Assembly (NCBI GenBank): GCA_016748015.1
Contig: JAAOMT010000577.1
Location: 248,001-312,000, forward strand
Source: Geosiphon pyriformis uo1
Taxonomy: Eukaryota > Fungi > Glomeromycota
DNA: 64,000 nt
Direction: 5' to 3'
In this document: positions 55,801 through 64,000 of the stretch, piece after piece
Position numbering within the stretch: position 1 is the first letter of the stretch
How the letters are laid out: each line of letters opens with the position of its first letter
Notes under the pieces: model-generated
The model's database searches: none
What the model saw: only the letters and a program-made list of their open reading frames with translations
What the model was told of the DNA's origin: nothing
Program-made: the position numbers and the translations under genes

Positions 55801-56894
55801 GATAAATTTACTTGAGTGTTGAACGACACTTTTCTAATAATTCTACTCGAATTTAACTGTATGGTTGACTTTAATCTAAAGATAAAAAAAAATTTAAAGT
55901 ATAATTAATCTTGACTTTTGAATTTTTTTCTAAGGTTTTGCTATAACTAGATTTTCAATTGTGATATTATAATTAGCAAAAACTATTTTTTTTTTACAAT
56001 TAATTTCTCTTTAATTAAAATTAATAGCCTCAAAAACAATTAGCCATTAGCTCTGTTGAATTAATCAACTGTCTTTATTTTTTAAATCCAAAATTAATTT
56101 TTTTATAATGATTTTTTAGAAATTAAATTATTTTGTTTTGTAATATTAATAATATTTGATTTAGAAATAATCTAACAACAAAACTATGAAAATTTATTTT
56201 TATTACATTGGAGTAGTTTTAAAATAGTCTTATTACAAATTTTTCGAAAAAAAGCTTGTAAACCTTAAACATCTTCAGAAATAGGAAACCCAGCAAATAA
56301 TTTGTTAAAAACAAAACAAATTAAATTATCAGATGATTTTGGCATTCAAGTCATAAATTTTTTAGATGTTTAACAACAACACTGTAGCAAATTCGCTAAT
56401 AAAACCAGCATTAGCATTTTGAAAAAAGGATGTTTCAAATAATATTTGGTTAATTAAAGAAATGAATTTTCAGTTTTTTAGAAACATGATGAAATTACTA
56501 ATATAAGAAAGATTTATTAAATTTTTTAATTCCAAAATAAAGTTTGTCATATTGATAATGATAAAAGAAGAGATAGGTATAATTGAGATAAGTATGAATA
56601 ATTTTAAGAAGAAGAGTTTCAAAATTTTATGATTCAGGTCTAGTGAATCTTGAGAAAAGAGTGATATGTATATCAAATACAACTGCCAAAAAATCAAAAA
56701 CTTGTTTTTTGGACAACTTCTTTTATATATAGGATTCGCTTTAACACAACAGAAGATATACCTTGGAAGGGTATAATAGATGAATAAACATTTATAATTA
56801 TAACAAGTGTAGTCTCATAATATTAGGAAAAATCTTTGTTTTCAAATTATTTATTAAACATTAAATTGTTATGAAACAAATCTTTATGTAATGT

Positions 56895-57030
<136 letters not shown>

Positions 57031-59049
57031 GGTGAATTTTACCACTGTTATGAATGTATGTACATGGAGAAATAAAATCGTTTTTACTAAAATTCACAAC
57101 AACATTTGGGTAATTTTTTTAGTATTTGTTTTAAAGACTACTTTCTCGATCATTTCCTAATCCAGAAATCAATCTCTAGATACGTTATTTTCCTTTTAAA
57201 TTCAAATAAGCACTTTTAATTTGTAATTCAAGACAAAATGATTATAATTTCGTTTTTCTTTGAATGAATAATAAATTTTCAACTACTCAAAACAAATTGA
57301 ATAATTTTTCTTTATTTATCACGTTTCGAAGTGAATTTTTGAAAAAAGCTTTTAAATTCGGGTTTAAAAAAATAAAGTTGCTTAAAAGTGATAATTTGTA
57401 AGCTATGAATGGAATAGCAAATTCTTTATCTAATATTTTTAGAGCAAAGAATTATCTCAATATATAATAAATTATTTGGTTGGCAAGTAAATTTGATATT
57501 TTGTAAAGAAAATATTTAATAAAAGGGTAATTTTCCTGAATTGATATCACAAAATTATGGGTTAATTTAAGAAATAGTTTAGTATCATTGACGGAAAAAT
57601 GAAGATATTATGATAAAAGTTTAGAAAACAAAATTAATAATCATAAATTTGATAAATGACTAACTTGGAGGAATGTTCAAATTAAAAGAAAGAAAAAATA
57701 TTAGATTATTAATATTTTTACAAATTTGTATGTGGTAAAAATTTTAATTGCGGTTGCATCCTATTTTAAAAATGCAACATGAGAATAAATTTGGGAACAA
57801 TTAAAATTAAATAGATGACTTTGTTGAATGCCATACCAAAATTTACTATAATTGATCTGTTTCAAATTTTATTTCCCGCTAATATCATGAATTAGCTAAA
57901 TCGAGATCACTCAGAAATTCGTTTTTGATATGCCTATTCATCAATTTTCATTTTCTCTTGATTATAATTATTATAAAACAAATATGATCAAAACATTTGG
58001 TTATTAAAATAAATAATCTAAAACATTGAAATAATCAAGAGGTAATTATTAAGTTAAATAATTAAGAGAAACTCCCTTTTATATTATAAATTTTAAATTA
58101 AAGTTTCTAATATTTTTTATAATAAAAATTAAAAAGATTCATCAATTAATATATCAATAAAATTAAGAATTTAGCAGAAATTATATATTTTTATAATAAT
58201 CTTGAAAATAACAATAATATAAAATTTAATATATTTTTAAATTAAAAAGATTTTAAGCAAATAAAATTAAAACAATAACAAACCAATAAATTTAAAATAA
58301 TATAAATTATTTAAAACTTGTTAATATATCTTATAAAGTTCAACAATATGGTTGTTAAAATGCAACACATAAAAAATATACAAAATTATTATTTTATAAA
58401 ACTTTGATTTATAATTTTAAACATTAAATATTTTATTTTAATAAATTGCACTATATTACAAATTATTATTACAATATAAATTATAATTAATTGAAACTAC
58501 ATAATTTGAAATTATATTTATTAAATAATTTTAAAAACAAAAATTAAATAGGAAATTACAAACTAAACTACGATTATAAGAAAATTCTTTAAAAATTCAA
58601 TAAAGCGAATTAACTAGAATATAAATATTGATTTTAAAAATTATTAAAATTGTTATTATTGTTGCTTTGTTATTGTTATTGCTATTAAACTATTTTTAAA
58701 GATACTGTTTAATATTGGTATTTAATTACAATAGATTTTGTTGTATTACAATTTATAAATTTATAAAATTTATAATTAAAAAAAGTTTTGACTTTTGTAA
58801 TTATTTATTTTCAACAATTATTATGTAATTTTTGCCTTTAAATATTTTTATATAGTTTTAATACACTAATTATTAATCTAAATAGAAACAACTTTAACAA
58901 TTTTTAAACTTTTTTTTTGTTTTAATAAATATTAATTATTTGTTTAAAAAATACTGAGCTATAATACTAACTGAAAAGCCATTATTTAATATAAACAGAC
59001 TGTAACAAAACCAAACAAAATAAACATTCTATAAATAAAGAGCTTATTA

Positions 59050-59395
59050 TGATGTAGTTGTAAAATTGATCAGTATAACTAATAACATTTTGAAAAGTAA
59101 TAATAGTGTTCATTTATAACTTATAAACTTGTTAATTTTAATGTTCACTTTATCATATCAGAATGTGATGAATATAAACCATAACATGATTAATATAAAA
59201 TTAATTTGCATTAAATTCACTATAAAATCCAAGAATTACAGCACAATTAAAAGCATTTTAAAGAAAGCTCAAGAAGAAAAAATTGCTTTATTTGTTTTTA
59301 AAATCAATGATACCCAAACTCTTTAGAAATATCTGAATAAAGAAAAAATTACTTATAAAATTTATCTTTGCCATTGCTTTGCTTATAATATATTA
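59050..59395 (+). mobile_element. possible hAT transposase relic
   Basis: EKIALFVFKIND..IYLCHCFAYNI resembles the hAT ..D.. / CxAHxLNL region after C->T and G->A decay. Confidence 0.35.
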
Positions 59396-59399
59396 ATTC

Positions 59400-60380
59400 T
59401 TTCTAAACAGTTTTTCTGTACTATTATAATTTTAATTACTAAAGTAACTAAGATAAAAATTAGTAATTCACTAATTATTATTCAAAAACTCAACTGTTTC
59501 TCTCTTGTATTTGCAGAAATATTAGTTTTTTCTTTAAATGATTATTTTTTATCTCTAAAACAACAATAGTAAAGTCTTCATTTTTTAGATCAACAATATT
59601 AGTCTCTAGATGGTAAATATTGGGAGCTTGGAAGTAATTGTTACAAGCAAATTTTGGTAATATATAAGAGCTGTTGGGAATAATTTCACTAATTTTCTTA
59701 ATTGAAAGGGAATGGTTATTAATATATTAATCAAAATTGGGATAATGTTCTTTAATATAATCTCATCTAGTAGATTGAACTAATTCTTGTTCTAAAACAA
59801 CCTTAGTTTCAATAAAATCAAACTTGGCTTGTGGAAATTGTCCCCAAGTTTTGTCAAATTTTTTCTTTTTGCCTATTGGATACCTTTCGCATGGTTTTTT
59901 TTTAAAGGCTGTTACAATAATTAATTCTTTAAACAAATCATCCTTTAAAGCTTGCAATAATTCTTTATTTAGTGATAAAGGGGGCGATCGGTCATAAAAA
60001 GAATGCTGCTCACTATAATGTTGAGTTTCCTTTTCATTTCTTATTCTTTTTAATTCTCCCGAAGCTAATCTTTGAATATTTGTCTTCTCATTTGGGTCAT
60101 CTTTATCAATGTAAGATCATTCTCATGAATTTAATACATCAGCATTGATGGTTGAGCCATGACCTTTAGGATTGTGAGTAGCAATTTCCGCTTTACTTCA
60201 AAATCTTTTAAAATAATCCTTAAAAGAAAGATTTTTCTTTCCCGCTTCTCACAACAAAAAAGGTTTACTGCTTTGTAAACATTCATCTTAATCACAAATA
60301 ATTTTTAATTCTCTCCCTTTGAGTTTGACTTGTTCTTTGATAAGAGTGTAAAGGGAATCAATTTTGTTTTGATTATTCAT
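59400..60380 (-). pseudogene. bacterial-type HAD-fold gene in genetic code 4 (Mollicutes-related endobacterium-like), decaying
   Basis: One ~300-codon intronless frame from ATG 60380, interrupted by five TGA at Trp-like sites and two TAA; IICD[*]DECLQ (DxD motif I), LIIVTA (motif II), FD[*]YINNH (degenerate DD motif IV); C-terminal hydrophobic stretch after a frameshift. Confidence 0.72.
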
Positions 60381-60431
60381 ATTTCTACAGCTTTGGTATT
60401 ATAAATATGTTTTATTTATTGACAGTGTAGA

Positions 60432-62181
60432 TTAAATTGGTTCTGGACAAGTGATATCTTTGAATTCATCCCGGACAAATGGACGAATATTGTGATAAAG
60501 GTATTCTTGCCTTCTGTAATCCAAAGGAGGAGGGGTTAATACTAGGATTGAAAAGGACTTAATTTCTTTGGTAATTTCAGAAACACTTGCTTTTCTAGTT
60601 TTTAACAGATTAAATTCAGTATACGAACCATTAGCAACCAGCTGAACTTTGACAATACCAGGTTTGGCTGCTTCAAATACAATATGCTGATATTTTTGTA
60701 AACCACTCAATTTTTTAAAGAAAATACCTAACACAGAATTAAGATCTAAATATTGAAAACCTTTGCCGTTTTCATAGCACTGAGCTTTGTTTAATCCTGC
60801 AGTACTTGACATTTTCACAACCTTAACAATATGATCCACACAATCTACCGTCGTTTTTCGATAAAGCCTTTTAATCAATCCAAAACTGCCATCACATTTA
60901 AATTTAGTATGTCCTGGTACCATGAAATTTAATTCGATACTTTCATAATAGCCGCAGAATACTAAATATAGGTAAAATCAAATAGTGGCATTATTTTTAT
61001 TCTGTCCTCCCGCGTTACCGCAAGTAATCTTTAGATGTTTTTCGCCTTTATTCAATCGTTTAATCCCATCGAATACCATGCTTAGCGTACCATTAGGACC
61101 TTTGCCGATAATTTCATCTTCATCGAGAACGTAATTAATTTGTTCACGTACTGCTTCATCTTGGATACCAAATAAATGTACTTTACGCGGACTAAGATAA
61201 TAAATCTTACTTACCTGTTGATCGGAATGGGGAACGTGAACGTTTTGTGCTCAATCGTAACTGTAATGCGCAGTCGCGTCAATGCTACAATAGGCTTTAT
61301 ATCTTGTTATAAAATGCTCGTTTTACTAATTTTCTCTGTTGTTCTGCTAATTTCGTATTTTTGTTGTAATAGTTTCTCTCTAACTTAGCTTTAACTAAAT
61401 GTTCTTTGTATTTTTTCAGTAAATCTCTTGCTTCTTCTTCCTTGCGAGCATTATACTGCAAGTCATTCCGAAAATGTTGGCAAGTATCGCATAAATCTGT
61501 TCTCGGACTCATAATTTGAATATAAGGCGTTAATTGGTGTCATAACTTACGAAACGCATCATATTTTAACAATTTCAACGTGCTATCGTTTTCGAGGCCT
61601 GCGATAAAATCATGATAAACCGATTTATAACTCGTTTCGGCTGGCAATAATGTAAGCGATTGAGTAATGCGATTAACATTTCTACCAGGACTTGGTAACC
61701 CATGAATTTCAGCATAGTTTTCAAGAAAATTCTTCACAGATGTAGCAACAGTTATATCAATGGTTATCTTGGTTTTCCATCGTGGCACCTTTTTTACATT
61801 ACCATGAACACGTGGTATTATACCATTCGTCGCTAGGTGGTTTCTGACGTTTTCGAAATGAGTGCGACTAATTCCTAACATATTGAGATACGTTTTCTGG
61901 CAGAGAGGCGTATTGCGATCTCAATAGTAAAAAGTTCTCTTATTAGTACGCGTTTTCTTTTTAAGACGTCGGCTGGCCGTTATTCCTCCACCATTCATTG
62001 CTTTCAGCTGGGCCATTAAAAATATATCTTGCTCGGATCTAGAGAGGGCTTGAAACGCTTCACGTAATTCAGCAAAATTCTCTCTCGGAATCATTTTTGA
62101 GCAACCACAACTGCATCCTATTTCCAAGAAACGCATGGCTTTTTCATATTCAGTCGAACCGTTATAATTATAGTTTTCCAT
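60432..62181 (-). mobile_element. Sola-like DDE transposase gene read with TGA=Trp (~582 aa), one frameshift
   Basis: Track ORFs join into one frame: GCSCGC, PLCQK, PRVHGN, PRTDLCDTC, HYSYD[W]AQ, C(D>G)NAGGQNKNN, MVPGHTKFKCDGSFGLIK; four TGA at Trp positions; +1 A at 61321-61324; no introns. Confidence 0.8.
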
Positions 62182-62519
62182 ATACAGGTATTCCTATATA
62201 TAATTTTATGTATAATCCAGGCGTATATTCAAATAGAACATTAATTTAATTTCGTTGATTGAAATTTAAACTGATTGACCATAATTTCTCCTGTATAATT
62301 AATTCATCAAACATTACTATTTATATTGATACATTCCAAATTCACATTCTTTGCAAATGATAATACTGATCAAATCATTCTTATTCTACTCACTTCATCA
62401 ACAATAATACACTCAACTGAACAAGATACATGAAGTCTGAGAAGAGCTCAAATATATGGGTAGCATTTTTTATTTAATATAAGTCACTGACATATCACAC
62501 AGTATTGAAGCCATTATCT

Positions 62520-62810
62520 AGCATGTACAAGTCATAAGCTGGCAGGGTGCCAATCAATATCAGGATTCAGGAGGGGTGGGTAAACAACCTCTCCAACCTT
62601 ACCAGACCCGTCAAAGTCTATTATCTTTACTGAATGAGGTTTGAAAGTCTCATATCACCATGCACAAAACCCTGGTTATGCATTTTCTTTACTGACTCTA
62701 TTGCTTTCTTCTGTATGAACAGCTTTTTGTCTTGAGCAAGAGAAGATAGTGAGCTATATTCCCTCAGCTGTTCCATAATCACAACACACCAAATGTTTCC
62801 ACATCCCATA
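62520..62810 (-). pseudogene. Crinkler-type protein kinase fragment
   Basis: VVIME; MHNQGFVHGDMRLSNL; IIDFDGSGKVGEVVYPPLLNPDIDWHP; YDLYML; frameshifted and truncated. Confidence 0.75.
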
Positions 62811-63430
62811 AAAAGCAGTCACCGTCTATCGTGTGGTCATATTTTTCATTGTATCTGTGTTGAGAAAAAACTATTACTTTCGCGAAAAGAATCATGTCCT
62901 TATCCTAACTGTACGTCATCAATAATTGGTAGAATGGAAAAACATCTCACGATAGTATCTCAAGGAAATCCGGACGAGGATATGGTGGATGTGAATGACT
63001 CGTGAAGGGAGAATACTCCCATATCTGAAGCCGAACATATCGCTCAAACAGTAAAAGTGCAAACTTAGGGCCTAACAAAAGATCTCTCAGTAAGGAAGCG
63101 AATTAAAAAAGAAGACTTGCCCTCACTAAAGAGACTTATATCTAAATTGACCGCTGAAACTTCTGAGACTTCTAAAATAGCTGAAGCATACAGTAAAAAC
63201 ACAACGGATCTTTTACACCTCAATAATATCATTACTCATGCAGAATCCCGAAACGAAAGCACAAACTGAGAAGTTATTCATTGCTATTATTGTTTTGGCG
63301 ATATTCTGTCACAGCGATTAAACTATTATAAAAGTTTAGAATGCGGTGACTTATCGGTTAATGAAGTTCGAAAACAATTGGGGACAAAATCTCAAACGAC
63401 ACTACGTAAAAGAACTCAAAGGGTATTTGC
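62800..63430 (+). pseudogene. RING-finger/helical protein pseudogene (Glomeromycota multicopy family)
   Basis: LSCGHIFHCICVEK..CPYPNC, then LKRLISKL..IITHAESRNESTN*EVIHCYYCFG..VNEVRKQL; stops and frameshifts. Confidence 0.65.
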
Positions 63431-63779
63431 TCTTCTTAATAGCATTTTCATAGATAGGGAGATATTTGTAATCATGTGTTTACTGCGCCTGTGAACTAAT
63501 GTACTTCACCGTTAATTGGCCCACTTCTGAATTAGAATGTGATTTAGCTTAACAAATTTTCCTCCTCAGGAGTTTTACCTGATTTGGGAGACCAGTTCTA
63601 GAAAATTCAAGCAAATATCACAATGACGCTTTTATTGATCCAAACACTGCAGTAAGAATCAAGCTAAGAGTTGAAATACACTTTTACGAGTATATACTTT
63701 CAGAATCCACGGGGATCCATGCAACTTTGCAAAGCCGCTAGTTTAATTTTACTATTGCTGTACACTTTGTTACACACGT

Positions 63780-64000
63780 TTCAGAATGAGCTCAAAACTT
63801 GAAGCTAAAGATCTACCTTGCCCTTTGGAACCTCTCCCTATTGATCTCACACCTTCCCTCCATCCTCCATCATCCACTCATATCTTCCCTCAAACATTAA
63901 ACACATTGCTCGTTTAATCCAATCAGCTGTCCTCTGGACCATTTGGATCTCCTACACTCAAACATCCTTTGGCTCCTCTAATCCCCCCTCTAATCCTGAA
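63780..64000 (+). mobile_element. possible LINE ORF2 C-terminal fragment
   Basis: C-rich stretch encoding RLIQSAVLWTIWISYTQTSF, like the LWxIW..F motif at the end of L1/Tx1-type ORF2; runs off the window. Confidence 0.4.

Noticed and set aside
56200-56760. Possible LINE reverse-transcriptase relic on the minus strand
   Set aside because: Too decayed; no diagnostic motif recoverable.
59400-62181. Mitochondrial (NUMT) origin for the TGA=Trp genes
   Set aside because: Neither gene resembles mitochondrial, intron-encoded or plasmid polymerase genes; a Mollicutes-type origin fits better, though a database search is needed.
60381-62450. TIRs/TSD around the Sola-like transposase
   Set aside because: No convincing inverted repeat found by eye.

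Overview
AT-rich, intron-containing fungal nuclear DNA. The gene and repeat repertoire (Sel1 repeats, class-3 lipase expansion, Crinkler-type REase/kinase relics, RING family relic, U12 intron) points to Glomeromycota, possibly Geosiphon-like; this assignment is an inference. The left ~41 kb is gene-rich: O-fucosyltransferase, three lipase-like genes, a secreted Cys-rich protein, a broken alpha/beta hydrolase, a Sel1 protein, a SAM methyltransferase, TatD, a GCP5-like gene and a cluster of three paralogous membrane-anchored helical proteins. The right part is mostly decayed transposons and pseudogenes, plus a U2 snRNA. Main findings: (1) a ~2.8 kb island (59.4-62.2 kb) of two co-oriented intronless genes that read through only if TGA=Trp (genetic code 4). 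These are a HAD-like gene of Mollicutes-endobacterium type and a Sola-like, eukaryote-type DDE transposase, suggesting fungus-to-endobacterium-to-fungus DNA traffic. (2) A three-gene cluster of divergent type-II membrane helical-bundle paralogs with shared intron positions, one ending in a jacalin-like lectin. (3) Four or five lipase-fold genes that have all lost part of the catalytic triad. (4) An AT-AC (U12) intron and a GA-AG intron in TatD. (5) An LSU rRNA fragment starting near the R2/R1 target region, embedded among three tandem arrays. (6) RIP-like non-CpG hypermutation of transposons. Exon boundaries were read by eye and family calls come from motif recognition, not database searches.
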